Positions 9,439 to 19,915 of a stretch of 57,185 nucleotides of DNA are shown here, in pieces. A model generated the notes under the pieces. That model did no database searches. It saw nothing but the letters and a program-made list of their open reading frames with translations, and was not told where the DNA came from. Source of the stretch: a virus. Its lineage: Duplodnaviria > Caudoviricetes. Each line of letters opens with the position of its first letter. The stretch's first letter is position 1. Made by a program: the position numbers and the translations under genes. Location: positions 1-57,185 of IMG/VR virus record IMGVR_UViG_3300037751_000127; one strand, 5' to 3'.

Positions 9439-9687
9439 GTGCTCCCCGACGAAGACATGATCAACCCGGTTGACTATCGAGGCGTCACCTACGACGCCGA
9501 CCAGGAAATCGGCACCGGCACCGCAGCCCTGATAGCCCGAAAGCACCGGCGCACAGTCATCAACTGGTGCAAGAAGGGATACCTAAAGTCGATGAAGATC
9601 GGCGGCCCGCGCGGACAGTACGTCATCCTGATCGGCGACCTTGTCAGCTTCCTTCAGACTCCAACGAACGCGGACGTCGCGGCCTAG
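9439..9687 (+). CDS. excisionase/MerR-like HTH protein
   Basis: TAALIARKHRRTVINWCKKGYL. Confidence 0.65.
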   Translation: MLPDEDMINPVDYRGVTYDADQEIGTGTAALIARKHRRTVINWCKKGYLKSMKIGGPRGQYVILIGDLVSFLQTPTNADVAA

Positions 9688-10000
9688 GTGTACGGCCTTC
9701 GCCATCCATGAGCGTGCGCCTGTTCGCGACTTCGGCCACCTCGTACAGCTCGATGTCGCCCCTCTTGATCCGAGCCCGCATCGCCATACTGATGATTGTC
9801 TTGTCGGCGTGCGCCTTGATCCTCCAGCGGTCGATGCCCGTGACCCGTAGATTGACATACAGCCAGTCATCCTTGGGCGTCAGCGTGTAGTCGAGCAGGT
9901 ATGGCCGGGCTCGGATGAGCCTGTCGGCGAAATCGCCGATCACGGCCCGGGTCCCGTCATCCCCGCCGCATCGCAGCCTGTACGTGTAGTTGACGATCAT
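9644..10000 (-). CDS. hypothetical protein
   Basis: AGGAG RBS before ATG 10000. Confidence 0.55.
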   Translation of the reverse strand: MIVNYTYRLRCGGDDGTRAVIGDFADRLIRARPYLLDYTLTPKDDWLYVNLRVTGIDRWRIKAHADKTIISMAMRARIKRGDIELYEVAEVANRRTLMDGEGRTPRPRRPRSLESEGS

Positions 10001-10031
10001 CTCAGCTCCTGAAGTCGAAGACGGCAAGCCG

Positions 10032-10295
10032 TCAGGCTCCCGACACGGCGCTGAGAATCCAGCCGAGCAGTGACAGCCCTGCCGCCGCGATCGTCCCATA
10101 CAGCAGCGCCTGCTTGTTCTTCGCCTGTCCTTCAAGTTCGGCGATGCGCTGATCCTGCGCGGCTTCCCGCACCGCATACACGTCCTTGCGTACCAGTTCA
10201 GAGAAGCCCGCACGATACTCGTCGCGGAAGTCCTTGATGATCCGGGAGATCTCCCCCAGCGAAGGAGTTCCGTCATCGTATCCGGGCATAGTCAT
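10032..10295 (-). CDS. membrane protein, possible holin/lysis accessory
   Basis: SLGEI..., coiled coil and C-terminal TM helix; near the endolysin. Confidence 0.55.
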   Translation of the reverse strand: MTMPGYDDGTPSLGEISRIIKDFRDEYRAGFSELVRKDVYAVREAAQDQRIAELEGQAKNKQALLYGTIAAAGLSLLGWILSAVSGA

Positions 10296-10456
10296 ATCCT
10301 GATCTTGCCAGAAGACTATGCCTACCGCACAGCCTTGCAGGTCTGTGGTGCATCCATCGATCATGCTATGCCCAGAAGATGTCCGGTTCATGCCCGCAAT
10401 CGGGAATCTGGCACGAAGGTCCTTGACCCCCATGGACGACATGGTACTGTTGCGCA

Positions 10457-10888
10457 ATGGCCGACTTGATTGAAGACCTGATGGAAGTCCTCGAACCCTT
10501 CGACGTCACCATGAGCGCCTGGATACGGCTGCGCCAACATCTCGCCATCCAGGAAACCTCGGGAGCCAGCAATCCTGACGGCCTCGGAGCCCGCGACGCC
10601 ATGAACCTCGCACTCAACATCTACCTCGAAGACCAGGTCGCGTGGATGCAGTTCAAGTACGGCCACGAAGCCTGCAATGACGGACTGCGCGATCTTTTCG
10701 GGATCCACGACACACTCATCCGAGCCGGTCGGCTTCTCCGTGACCCGCTCGGAGACAAGATCCTCATGTATGCGGCACACCTGGCAGCCATGGGACCCTA
10801 CGGCCCCGCCGTCTGGGACCGTGCATCGAAAGTCGTCCTCGCAGCCCAGATCTCCACCACTGAGAAAGAACTGAGCAAGCGGCGATGA
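10457..10888 (+). CDS. hypothetical protein
   Basis: 143 aa; first of three coupled plus-strand genes. Confidence 0.6.
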   Translation: MADLIEDLMEVLEPFDVTMSAWIRLRQHLAIQETSGASNPDGLGARDAMNLALNIYLEDQVAWMQFKYGHEACNDGLRDLFGIHDTLIRAGRLLRDPLGDKILMYAAHLAAMGPYGPAVWDRASKVVLAAQISTTEKELSKRR

Positions 10889-11103
10889 TCCGGGAAGTGT
10901 GGGTCGATTTCAATGACGTTCAGGACATGGAAACGGTCACATTAGAGAAGTTCGCGCCACCTCATCTCTATCGAGGAGAGGTCGTCCGCGCCTTCGACAA
11001 CGACGGAAACTCCTGCTGGGCCAGCGTTCTTCGGGTCGCGGACTCGAAGGTGCGACTACTGCTTGATATTGGAAGATTTCAGGATGGAGAGGTGAAGAAG
11101 TGA
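10885..11103 (+). CDS. hypothetical protein
   Basis: ATGA coupling. Confidence 0.6.
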   Translation: MIREVWVDFNDVQDMETVTLEKFAPPHLYRGEVVRAFDNDGNSCWASVLRVADSKVRLLLDIGRFQDGEVKK

Positions 11104-11339
11104 GCGACACTCCCGTACTTCAGCCAGGCGATCAGATCCACATCGCCGTGCCGGCATCGTTCAGTGATGCGATGATCGAAAAGATGAGGGACATGTATGC
11201 CGCCCGGGATGTCAAGATCTTCTTCGCTTCAGCGATCTCTAGTCCGGATATCGAGGTCATCTCGATCATCCGCGCAGCGCCGAAGCCGACGCCCGGACAG
11301 ATGATGACAGGCTTCATGCCTCCAGGGCCACGCCCCTGA
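11100..11339 (+). CDS. hypothetical protein (similar to 51685..51882)
   Basis: VLQPGDQIHIAVP vs IVHPGDHIFLAVP. Confidence 0.55.
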   Translation: MSDTPVLQPGDQIHIAVPASFSDAMIEKMRDMYAARDVKIFFASAISSPDIEVISIIRAAPKPTPGQMMTGFMPPGPRP

Positions 11340-11348
11340 CATGCGAAA

Positions 11349-11375
11349 CGGCCCTCAGATCGTCTCTGAGGGCCG
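11349..11375. terminator. hairpin between convergent genes
   Basis: CGGCCCTCAGA...TCTGAGGGCCG. Confidence 0.65.
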
Positions 11376-11405
11376 AAGTCGTCTAGGCGGTAGTCCAGGA
11401 TAGGG

Positions 11406-12026
11406 CTACGAGAGCCCTGGGGTCAGCTTGGACCTGGTGACCGGGCCGACGATGCCATCGACTCCGATGCCCATGGCCCGCTGAAACTGCCGGACAGCGC
11501 TGTCCGTGAGAGGGCCGAAGCTAGAGTCCAGATACAGCGCGAACCCGTAAGCATTCAGCAAAGCCTGCAACTCCTTCACCTCCCAGCTGGACATCTCCAG
11601 CCGAAGAAGCTTGCCGTGCCACGTCGTCGTGCCGTACTTGAGGATCGTGAACTCAGTCTTATTGTTCTCCGAGCCCGAGCTATGCATGATCGAATCGTGA
11701 ATGTGCGAGGTGTGCGGATTGCCGCCCGTGTACGCGCGAGGCTTGAACCGATCACCGCGACGGAAGATCCGACGGTCATGGATCACATAGTTCGTGGACG
11801 GATGAATCATGATCGATGCCAGCAAGGACGGGATGTGAATCCCATCCTTGTCGATATCCAAGGCTCGCACCACCCCGGACCTGCGGTCAGGATTGTGATC
11901 AGAGACCTGAGCCTGATGACTCGCATCCCCGATCCACCCATCAGTGCGTCTGTCACGTCCCGGCCAGCGGGCATTCAGATCATCGCGGAGGCGGACAAGT
12001 GTCGGAGCCAGGAATGCCCTAGCCAT
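11406..12026 (-). CDS. endolysin (Zn-peptidase-like N-terminus plus peptidoglycan-binding domain)
   Basis: WIGDASH..SDHNPD..RALDID..HTSHIH; C-terminal FGPLTDSAVRQFQRAMGIGVDGIVGP. Confidence 0.85.
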   Translation of the reverse strand: MARAFLAPTLVRLRDDLNARWPGRDRRTDGWIGDASHQAQVSDHNPDRRSGVVRALDIDKDGIHIPSLLASIMIHPSTNYVIHDRRIFRRGDRFKPRAYTGGNPHTSHIHDSIMHSSGSENNKTEFTILKYGTTTWHGKLLRLEMSSWEVKELQALLNAYGFALYLDSSFGPLTDSAVRQFQRAMGIGVDGIVGPVTRSKLTPGLS

Positions 12027-12177
12027 CCTTGCCCACCTCCTCAAAGTCCAACGTCACGGGCTCCAGCGTCTCGACACCCATGAACAACTGCGGCACGTCA
12101 TCCTCGGGTTCGGAGGCGATGTCGTGAGCTTCATACTTACTCAAGTCGACCATGTTGACTATGTTACCTCAACGTGA

Positions 12178-12810
12178 TTACGCCTGCTCAATCTCCAGAT
12201 GACGATCAGCGGCAGAGCCCGTAATGGCGGTAACGCGATGCATCAGGAACGAGTTCACCGACGTTCCAGCCGTCAGACCCGAAAAGTAGAGGAATGAACC
12301 AGTCGTCCAAGGGCCGACTCCGGTGATCCTGGCACCATTCGCATCGCTGGCCGCGACAATCGTTGCCCCAGCGCCGACAACACTGCCAGCGTTGAGTTGA
12401 GGGGAGATCAGCGTCTGCCCACCACCCGAATGATTGAGCAACGCCGCATAGCCGACCCTGACGACGCCGGAAGGCGGCACTACGATTGTCGCCCCAGTAA
12501 CTGGAGCACCTGCCGTGGTATACACCAAAGATGTTATGAAGAACGAGGTGGCGTCGCTGGCCGAGGCGGGAACGGGGACCAGCTCGGTCCACGCGGTCCC
12601 CGTGTACCATTCGTAGCGATTCAGGTCGGCAAGATATGACAGTTCGCCTTCGAAGGGTGCCGGATTACGCGCGGTCCGGTCAGCAATGCTCAGAAAGCGT
12701 TCGACAAGCCGGCTCTCCACGCCCGTGTTGTAGTTCGTGAAAGACAGCGGGACGTTCGCATTGTCCGAGCCGTCCGGGATATCCAAGCCCTGGTTCGTGG
12801 TCAGTGCCAT
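12178..12810 (-). CDS. minor tail protein
   Basis: Position; beta-rich; ADRTA..PAPFEG motif. Confidence 0.7.
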   Translation of the reverse strand: MALTTNQGLDIPDGSDNANVPLSFTNYNTGVESRLVERFLSIADRTARNPAPFEGELSYLADLNRYEWYTGTAWTELVPVPASASDATSFFITSLVYTTAGAPVTGATIVVPPSGVVRVGYAALLNHSGGGQTLISPQLNAGSVVGAGATIVAASDANGARITGVGPWTTGSFLYFSGLTAGTSVNSFLMHRVTAITGSAADRHLEIEQA

Positions 12811-13667
12811 TAGTCCACCTGCCTCAAGATGATGTTGTCCATGAAGAATGATACGAACGCCGCTGCCGGGAGGTTGAAGATCCCCCGGAATCGGACCCTC
12901 GCGAAAGCCGTGCCGGCCGGGGCGATCACGTAGCCAGCGGGGAACAGGGTCAGATCGATACGTCGATACACTGGCGCGAGGGTCCCACTGAACAGGCTCA
13001 TCCTGTTGATCCGGAATTCGGTGATCAGCGTGCTACCGGCATCAAGGAACTGAATCCACATCTCCAGATCACTGAAGTCAGGCGGGAGACTGTTCATGAA
13101 CACGCGCGTCAGATAGTAGGCACCCGTCCATGTCGTGTCGGCGCTGGCCGGGACAGCCGTAGAGAACACGTCCGCGATGGACTGACCGGCTCCAACGCTG
13201 TCCGTGCCGAAGTCGACGAGTTGACTGCCGCTGATGTTGACCGAGGATGGCGATGCGATAAGGAAGTCGGGGGTGCCGGCACCTGTCGAGACGACGCTGA
13301 TGGTCCAGAAGTCCGGCAGTGCGCCGATCGCCCCGCTTTCGAAAGACGAGTTCGGTAGCGGCGTATTCGAGCCGATGGCCCCGGACATCTGGCCTAGGCA
13401 GAACCATTGCGAGTCCTGCTTCAAGACGACGACTCGGTCACCAAGAAGCGGGAAGTATTGGAAGAACAGGTAGGAGCAGTCGACGAGGACTTCGGAGCCA
13501 CTGATCTTCACGGTGATCTGCGTGCCTTCAATGACGCCCGCGACAACCCCGATGCGTACGACGCAGGCAATCTCCTGCTGATTGACCGCCGCGCCACCGA
13601 TGGTCTCCAGGAACGGGTCTGTGACCGTCCCAGGAGCCGGGGGCATCCCTTCGTCGGGGGTTGTCAT
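12810..13667 (-). CDS. minor tail protein (OB-fold plus carbohydrate-binding-like domain)
   Basis: LGDRVVVL...LPNSSFESG; position. Confidence 0.7.
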   Translation of the reverse strand: MTTPDEGMPPAPGTVTDPFLETIGGAAVNQQEIACVVRIGVVAGVIEGTQITVKISGSEVLVDCSYLFFQYFPLLGDRVVVLKQDSQWFCLGQMSGAIGSNTPLPNSSFESGAIGALPDFWTISVVSTGAGTPDFLIASPSSVNISGSQLVDFGTDSVGAGQSIADVFSTAVPASADTTWTGAYYLTRVFMNSLPPDFSDLEMWIQFLDAGSTLITEFRINRMSLFSGTLAPVYRRIDLTLFPAGYVIAPAGTAFARVRFRGIFNLPAAAFVSFFMDNIILRQVD

Positions 13668-14743
13668 AGTGTCTCCAGTTCCAGGGTGACGAGTTCGCGG
13701 GAGGTGATCAGCCCGGAGTCGCCGGCAGCCAGGCCGTACTGGGTTGTTTCGACTACCTGCGCGGTGACCTCGTTGCGATACCAGAGGGTGAAGACGTCTC
13801 CGGGGTCAAGGATCGGCACATGGGGGACCCGGATCGTCCACGATCGCCGGAGGGCGACTGATTGGCGCAGTAGCCGGGAGGCGAGGGCGAGGGGATTGTC
13901 GGTCGTCGGATTCTTGATCACCCTGTTCTGCCGGCCGAACGGGCCTCCGAAGGCAGTAGTTGAGCCTATCGTCGTGTCCTGCACCGTGACCCGCAGAGGC
14001 TCCGTGTTGTCGGTGCGTTCCATGACGACCGTGATCGAGTTGTAGACACCCTGACGGGTACGCGAATCATTGACCTGCACGAGTGCGCCACCTACGCCGT
14101 CGACGAAGGTGATCACGGACTCCGATGCCAGCGGCGGCCCGATCAGATACGGATTATCGAACACGACGAAAGATCCGTAACGATCAGGCTGCCAGATCAG
14201 ATTGGCTCCCGAAGCGACCTGATCAGCGGCCTGACCACGATCAACCTCCCAGATCTGCTGACCCATCAGCGCCACCACCGAGGCGTTCGTGATGTCGACA
14301 CCCCAGCTCGGATCAGACGCCTGAAGGATCAAAGCGATCTCTGCCGCCGCATGCGGCGATGTCGCCACCCACGGAATGATGAAGTCATCCCGGATCGCTT
14401 CCGCGCCAACGCTGAGAAGCTGAACCCTGACAAGCCCGGTCTCGTCACTTTCGATGGTGTCGACGCGGCCAGTGAACAAGGTGATGTCAAGATATCCGGC
14501 AACCCCGGTACGCAGGATGACGCGGTCGGTCAGCGGATTGAGCAGCCCATCGTCGATCACGGACCTGACTGTCGTGAAGTATGCGTCACGTCCCCCACGA
14601 GTCGACAGCGTCGCGGTCACGTAGCCGGCGATCACAGGGATCGTTCCGAGGTTCTCAGATCCTCGCAGAACCGTCGCCGACGTCGTCATGCGATGCGAGC
14701 CGAGAAGTACCTGCTGCTGAGCTGGCGTGAGAATAACGGCCAT
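13664..14743 (-). CDS. minor tail protein (baseplate hub-like)
   Basis: VYNSITV...PILDPGDV; position after the tape measure. Confidence 0.7.
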   Translation of the reverse strand: MAVILTPAQQQVLLGSHRMTTSATVLRGSENLGTIPVIAGYVTATLSTRGGRDAYFTTVRSVIDDGLLNPLTDRVILRTGVAGYLDITLFTGRVDTIESDETGLVRVQLLSVGAEAIRDDFIIPWVATSPHAAAEIALILQASDPSWGVDITNASVVALMGQQIWEVDRGQAADQVASGANLIWQPDRYGSFVVFDNPYLIGPPLASESVITFVDGVGGALVQVNDSRTRQGVYNSITVVMERTDNTEPLRVTVQDTTIGSTTAFGGPFGRQNRVIKNPTTDNPLALASRLLRQSVALRRSWTIRVPHVPILDPGDVFTLWYRNEVTAQVVETTQYGLAAGDSGLITSRELVTLELETL

Positions 14744-16230
14744 TAGTACCCCGTCCCCGCCGCGATCTGAGTGTACGTAAAGCCTGCCGCGTCAAGTGAC
14801 GTGTACGTCAAGCCGATGGCTGAAGCCATCAGGTCGTCGTAGGTGGCCCCGCCGGCACCGATGCCGTTACCTCCCGTGTTACCTGTGTCGACGTCTGCCG
14901 CAGGCAGAGCCAGGCGGAATGGCAGTGACCATACCCTGGCGGGGACGCGTCGATCGACGCCCACAGGCTGCTGGTCGATGTCGAAGATCGTGATCCAGTC
15001 AGTGCCGTATGGCAGCCCGAACTGGTAGACGACCGGCAGGGACAGCAGCAGCGGGTAGCCGCCGGCGACGATCGCTTCGATCGCCTCGCCGTCCTCGGGT
15101 TCCTTGCTGGTCAAGACCAGCGTGGATGCGTAGCGCTTACGGGTCTGCGCGATCGTTTCGGGGCGCTGAGTGTCGATGATGTCGAAGATCCCCGACGCGC
15201 TGGAGTAGACCCTCCCGAGCAGGTCCGCGAACATGATCTTCGGATCGTCGACGCAGTAGTCGAAAGGCGTGTCATCGATCTCGATAATCAGATTCAGGCT
15301 CGGATTGTAAGGATCACGCAGCCAGATGTCCCCGCCAGACGCGAGATTGACCGTATTGCTCGTGATCGTGTCCGTATCCGAATCCGACGATCGCAGAGTA
15401 TAGAAGACGTCCACGTCGAACGGTGCCTCATTGTCCCAGAAGACGGCACTCTCGTCGAACGGGTCAGTGAAAAACCCTGACCCACGTACCAGCACCTGCG
15501 TGCCGTCAGGGGTGTGACGCCACAGATTCAGCGGCTCAACGCTCGCCTGAACCTCGAAGTTGTCGAAGGTCACGGTCGTGCTGCCGTTGGTGTTACCGGA
15601 GTTACGGATGGCGTACAAGCCAACCGTTCCGGAGACGCGTTCGCTGTTACGCGCCTCAACAAGCCACGTCTGAGGTTCAGCGTCAGCCGTAACCCACGCC
15701 TTCGCGCGGATCAGATCACCGGAGATCGTCGCCGCGACAGAGAAGGCATTCGACGCCCCGACAGTGAAGTTCGGGATGAGGATTTCATCGGAAAGGTCAA
15801 AGAAGGTTCCGCCACCATCGCGATACTGAATCGTCAGTGTCGCCGTGGTGTCAGTGTTCAGGCGGACTTTGGCTCGGTAGGCGACAAGTCCCGCATTGCG
15901 GATGAGGATACCGGCGTCGATGGGTGCCCCAGTCGGGTTCACGGGTACAACAATGTCAACCTTTATTGACATGTCAGTGAGTCCTGACAGGAGGGAAGCG
16001 GACCGAGTGACGGCCGTGGTGCCCAGAATCATCTGGCCTACCGTGCCATTCACCGCATAGTCTGTGGCGATCGTGCCACCGAGAAGCGTGTAAGCCCCGC
16101 CAACCTCCGACGCACTGCCCCACGAACCGGCACCCACTACGCGCGAGAAGGTGTCAAGGACAAGCCGACGATCGATGTTGACAAGAATCGACCCCGTCAC
16201 GGGATCCGCTGTCGCTACAATGGCGGCCAT
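14743..16230 (-). CDS. minor tail protein (distal-tail-like)
   Basis: Directly after the tape measure; DNEAPFD and WLRDP motifs. Confidence 0.7.
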   Translation of the reverse strand: MAAIVATADPVTGSILVNIDRRLVLDTFSRVVGAGSWGSASEVGGAYTLLGGTIATDYAVNGTVGQMILGTTAVTRSASLLSGLTDMSIKVDIVVPVNPTGAPIDAGILIRNAGLVAYRAKVRLNTDTTATLTIQYRDGGGTFFDLSDEILIPNFTVGASNAFSVAATISGDLIRAKAWVTADAEPQTWLVEARNSERVSGTVGLYAIRNSGNTNGSTTVTFDNFEVQASVEPLNLWRHTPDGTQVLVRGSGFFTDPFDESAVFWDNEAPFDVDVFYTLRSSDSDTDTITSNTVNLASGGDIWLRDPYNPSLNLIIEIDDTPFDYCVDDPKIMFADLLGRVYSSASGIFDIIDTQRPETIAQTRKRYASTLVLTSKEPEDGEAIEAIVAGGYPLLLSLPVVYQFGLPYGTDWITIFDIDQQPVGVDRRVPARVWSLPFRLALPAADVDTGNTGGNGIGAGGATYDDLMASAIGLTYTSLDAAGFTYTQIAAGTGY

Positions 16231-18140
16231 CAGTTCATCCTCGGTCCCGCAGAAATCAGACGTGCCTGACTCCTGCTATTACGGTTCGCGACCCGATACA
16301 TTCTCGAATCAAGCTGCTCATTGCCCACATAGACGACGACAGTGCTCGCCCCATCCCCGCCGAGAATGTTCATCAAACCTGACTGCTGCGCCAACTCGCG
16401 GGTTCGGCGAGGATTGGTCAACGGCAGCACGACTTCACGGTTGCCGCCTTCGCCGATCATCGCGAGCTGCGGACTGTCAATGATGCCGCCATGGGCGTAT
16501 CCGGGAACCGACGCCGCTTCCCCGATGCCAACTAGTGGTGGAGTGAACCCGCCACGCGCAATCTCCCTGCGCAGTTCCCGGACAGCTTCCTCCGCATTCG
16601 TGATGCCAGATGTCAGATGCGCGAACTTATCCTCAATGGGAGGCAGGGCGATGAGCCCTGTGAGTGCCCCGAAGATCTCATCGATGCGCTGCCTCGTAAC
16701 GCCGTAAGCTGCGGCATTCCGATAGATTTCTTCGCGTTCCTGCTGATAAAGCTGCTGCGCCTGCTCGGAATTGAGCCTCCCGGAAAGATAGAGTTCTCGG
16801 GCGCGCTCCTCAGCTTCCCGGAGTGCTCGGGAAACCGCCCTTATGCCTTCCCTGCCAGCCTGGGACTGAGCGTCGAAGGCACCCTTGTTCTCCTTGAGCG
16901 TCTTCGTCACATTGTCAAGAGAGTCCAGGTAGGACAAGGTTGAGTCGATGGCACGGAACTGTGCGGCACGCGTGTCATCAAGAGCGTCAGCTTGCTCCTT
17001 GAGTGCCTTAACCTGCCCATCCGTTACAGCTATGACTGCTTCGCCGTCGCGGATGTATGCGGCGCTCGACGTCCGGAACAGATCAAGGCTGCCCTCGGCT
17101 CCTTCCGTCGCCGCGTCGACATCGTTGAAGCCCATCCTGAGTATTGCCAGTACTGGAGACATGAGATTGAGGGCGATGCCGAGAGTGGTCGCCGACTGCG
17201 CCAGGTCGCGCACGGTGCCATATAGTCTCGTCATAGCGGCCAGGAAGCGGGCGGTGAAGACGATGATGTCGCCAATGGCGTAGATCAGGTCCCGTAGTGC
17301 CCGCTCGCCATCCTCGCCAAGATCGCTGAGAATGAGCAGGGTTTCTTCGACGGAGGCACCGAGGACAACGAATCCCGTGGAGAGGCTGTCGATAAGCCCA
17401 TCGGAATTCGCGACAAGGTCATCGATGCCCAGGGTCAACTGATCAAGGAAGGCAATGAGGCCACTGGTCAACGGCTCGACGAACCTAGCGGCGTTGCCGA
17501 ACGTGTTATCCAGGCGAGCGCCGATACTGTCAATGAAATTCTCGATACGGCCGAGCCCGACGAGTATCGGATCGACGAACGGCCGTGCTGCTTCAACAAG
17601 GGTAGTGCGTAGCCGCCGGCCGAAAGCTATCCCGGCTTCCTGAATGACAGTGAACTGTGATGCCAGCGCGATGCCGACGCCGGCTACCGATGCGGCGATG
17701 CCCGCCGTGAGGATCGAGGTCAGACCGGCGATGAGTGGCACGGATGCGGCAAGGACGGACCCGCCGATGATGGCTCGAACCTGAGGGGGAAGTCCTGACA
17801 GCCCGTCAGTGACAAGGCCGCCGATAGACTCCGTAACGGTCTTCAGTGCCCCAGCAAAGCCCCCAGTGAATCCTTCTCCCGCTGCCCGCCCTCCGCGACT
17901 TCCACCGTCACGGCTTCGACGTTCGAAATCTGTGACGAACGCTTTCGTTGAAGCAGCCAGCGAGGCGTCGAGTTCAGCGCTGACGCCCGATCCGACCTCC
18001 TTGCCGATGCGGCGTCCCATGGAGGCGTTGAGCGTCTTCTCGAACTTGTCGGTGCTTGCCTTCAATGCCTTGTCGAGGTCGGCGTCGAAGTCTTTCAGGT
18101 CCGCGCGGACCCGAACGTATGCCTCACCTAGACGCGCCAT
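16230..18140 (-). CDS. tape measure protein
   Basis: MARLGEAYVRVRAD start; Ala/Gly-rich helical body; C-terminal GYAHGGII..GEGG.EVVLPL. Confidence 0.85.
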   Translation of the reverse strand: MARLGEAYVRVRADLKDFDADLDKALKASTDKFEKTLNASMGRRIGKEVGSGVSAELDASLAASTKAFVTDFERRSRDGGSRGGRAAGEGFTGGFAGALKTVTESIGGLVTDGLSGLPPQVRAIIGGSVLAASVPLIAGLTSILTAGIAASVAGVGIALASQFTVIQEAGIAFGRRLRTTLVEAARPFVDPILVGLGRIENFIDSIGARLDNTFGNAARFVEPLTSGLIAFLDQLTLGIDDLVANSDGLIDSLSTGFVVLGASVEETLLILSDLGEDGERALRDLIYAIGDIIVFTARFLAAMTRLYGTVRDLAQSATTLGIALNLMSPVLAILRMGFNDVDAATEGAEGSLDLFRTSSAAYIRDGEAVIAVTDGQVKALKEQADALDDTRAAQFRAIDSTLSYLDSLDNVTKTLKENKGAFDAQSQAGREGIRAVSRALREAEERARELYLSGRLNSEQAQQLYQQEREEIYRNAAAYGVTRQRIDEIFGALTGLIALPPIEDKFAHLTSGITNAEEAVRELRREIARGGFTPPLVGIGEAASVPGYAHGGIIDSPQLAMIGEGGNREVVLPLTNPRRTRELAQQSGLMNILGGDGASTVVVYVGNEQLDSRMYRVANRNSRSQARLISAGPRMN

Positions 18141-18169
18141 GCAGTGATCATAGACGAAGTCGACTAAGT

Positions 18170-18688
18170 TTAGTCGAGCGCGAACGCCATTGCTCCTTGA
18201 TGCTGGATCGCGGCCGGGATGAGGAGCCTGACACCCGCTGGCGGCGTCGACAGCTCTGACTCCAGAGCTAGCCTGCCGGCCTCATCCCTACCTTCGTATA
18301 TCAGGGTGTACGCGGCCATGAGCCAGTCGCTCAGTGGCATCCGAGAGGCGTTGACGCCCTGCCTCAGCAGCATGCCGTTGACGAATAGCCATCCTCGAAG
18401 GCACAGGCGCATGAGATTGAATGCCCAGACCCAATCCAGGCCCGCAGCTCGTCCGAGAAGCTTCCGTGCCGCACGTTCGCATCGGTCACCGGCATCGTCG
18501 AAGTCCAGCCACACGCGCAGCATCGAATCGACGCATCCGTCGTTGATGAGGCCAGGAAAGACGCCGGCAAGTCGATCATGGTCACGACGAAGTGCGGTGA
18601 GCCACACGGAGGCCGGCACGTCCATGATGTCCCAGTCTTGCCCGAACGCCCTGACCCACTGCTCATCGAACCTGGGTTCGCTTGGCAT
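18170..18688 (-). CDS. tail assembly chaperone-like protein 2
   Basis: Position just before the tape measure. Confidence 0.55.
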   Translation of the reverse strand: MPSEPRFDEQWVRAFGQDWDIMDVPASVWLTALRRDHDRLAGVFPGLINDGCVDSMLRVWLDFDDAGDRCERAARKLLGRAAGLDWVWAFNLMRLCLRGWLFVNGMLLRQGVNASRMPLSDWLMAAYTLIYEGRDEAGRLALESELSTPPAGVRLLIPAAIQHQGAMAFALD

Positions 18689-19121
18689 TGGCACGCCGTG
18701 ATGGCTTGACCTGCTTGACCTCTTCGGCGTCATCGTCAAGTTCGGCGTCGACATCCCTGCCGCCACGGAACATCTTCCACGCCCATTCGGTGCCAATGTC
18801 ACCGACGATCATCGCGTCCATAATCCTCTCAATGTCCTCGGGGTTGACGACACGCGAATCGATGGCATCCCACAGGCGCTTATCGGCCTTCAGTGACAGC
18901 TTCGTCAAGGCGTCATACTTCTCCGAATCCGTGCCAGGCCCCCGCGTGATGCGCTCGCGGTCGGCGGACGTCAGATCGTTAGCCCTAATGAGCATGAGGC
19001 GCTGACCCGTGGAGAAGTCCTTGAACCAGACCTTATGTCCATCCGGAAGTGCGACGAAGAAGTCCGCGCCTTGCGGCTTCCCCGAATTCTCATCAATGAC
19101 ATCATCGCTCATGTTGACCAT
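18663..19121 (-). CDS. tail assembly chaperone-like protein 1
   Basis: Position; acidic and helical. Confidence 0.55.
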   Translation of the reverse strand: MVNMSDDVIDENSGKPQGADFFVALPDGHKVWFKDFSTGQRLMLIRANDLTSADRERITRGPGTDSEKYDALTKLSLKADKRLWDAIDSRVVNPEDIERIMDAMIVGDIGTEWAWKMFRGGRDVDAELDDDAEEVKQVKPSRRANAKRTQVR

Positions 19122-19146
19122 CCTACGGCATGGCTACGCCATTCGC

Positions 19147-19653
19147 TCACGGCAGGAATCCCCGAGAAGCCTTATCGGTGCGAACCCGGAAGTTCGCCGC
19201 CCGCCCGAACTGCTGAAGAGGAGTCGTCAGGAAGCGATTCGGTCGCTTGTTGCCCGGATGAACGACCCGCAGAAAGAAAACCTGCGGGTCGCTGCGAAGT
19301 CGTTGAGTCCGGGAAATGAACCTGGCTCGATGCCAGAAGAATGTTTGCAGTGTATGTCCGGCCTTCGGAATCGGATGACTCTTCGACCCTTGATGCACGG
19401 AAGCGGCGTAGTTCAGTGGCGACCCGATGTCGAACAGGATCTCCCGAGGACTCGTCGACACGTCGACAGACTGCAAGCTAGCTTTCAGTGTTGGCCCAGC
19501 GACCGGGCGACCTGACCCGTGACGATGTGTTCCCGACCTCACCAGAGTCCGCGCCCCGATCAGCGTCTTGGACGCCAGCGGCCTTGCGACCTCGTACCCT
19601 CGCTGACGCGCGGCGTGCAGTGTCGCCGACCTGTCCAACACTATCCGCGCCAT
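19147..19653 (-). CDS. neck/tail-completion protein (HK97 gp10-like)
   Basis: YAASVHQGSKSH...VVHPG..PNRFL motif. Confidence 0.7.
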   Translation of the reverse strand: MARIVLDRSATLHAARQRGYEVARPLASKTLIGARTLVRSGTHRHGSGRPVAGPTLKASLQSVDVSTSPREILFDIGSPLNYAASVHQGSKSHPIPKAGHTLQTFFWHRARFISRTQRLRSDPQVFFLRVVHPGNKRPNRFLTTPLQQFGRAANFRVRTDKASRGFLP

Positions 19654-19915
19654 CAGCTACCCCTTCGGAAGATTCCGGTGATCCCACCACACGAACGTCA
19701 CGAAGATCAACGCCGACAGTGGCACCAGGAAGATCCATCCCGGCAGTTGCCCCCAGCTCATCGTCATCCTCCAGATCCGATGTCGGTTCCAGATATCCTA
19801 CGCCGAGCAGGGACATGATCGACTGATCTTCGATATCAACCTCATACACCCGGCCGATCCGGAACCTTCCAAACGTGGTGACCGCGCGGACCTCAAGATG
19901 CTTAGGCATTGTCAT
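19478..19915 (-). CDS. hypothetical protein
   Basis: GAGG RBS; long 3' overlap with the next gene makes the end uncertain. Confidence 0.4.
   Translation of the reverse strand: MTMPKHLEVRAVTTFGRFRIGRVYEVDIEDQSIMSLLGVGYLEPTSDLEDDDELGATAGMDLPGATVGVDLRDVRVVGSPESSEGVADGADSVGQVGDTARRASARVRGRKAAGVQDADRGADSGEVGNTSSRVRSPGRWANTES

Noticed and set aside
9439-9687. Evidence of lysogeny from the excisionase-like HTH
   Set aside because: No tyrosine or serine integrase was recognised in the window.
18660-18720. Programmed -1 frameshift between the tail chaperones
   Set aside because: No X XXY YYZ slippery site is visible, and the downstream ORF is in the +1 frame with its own ATG at 18688.
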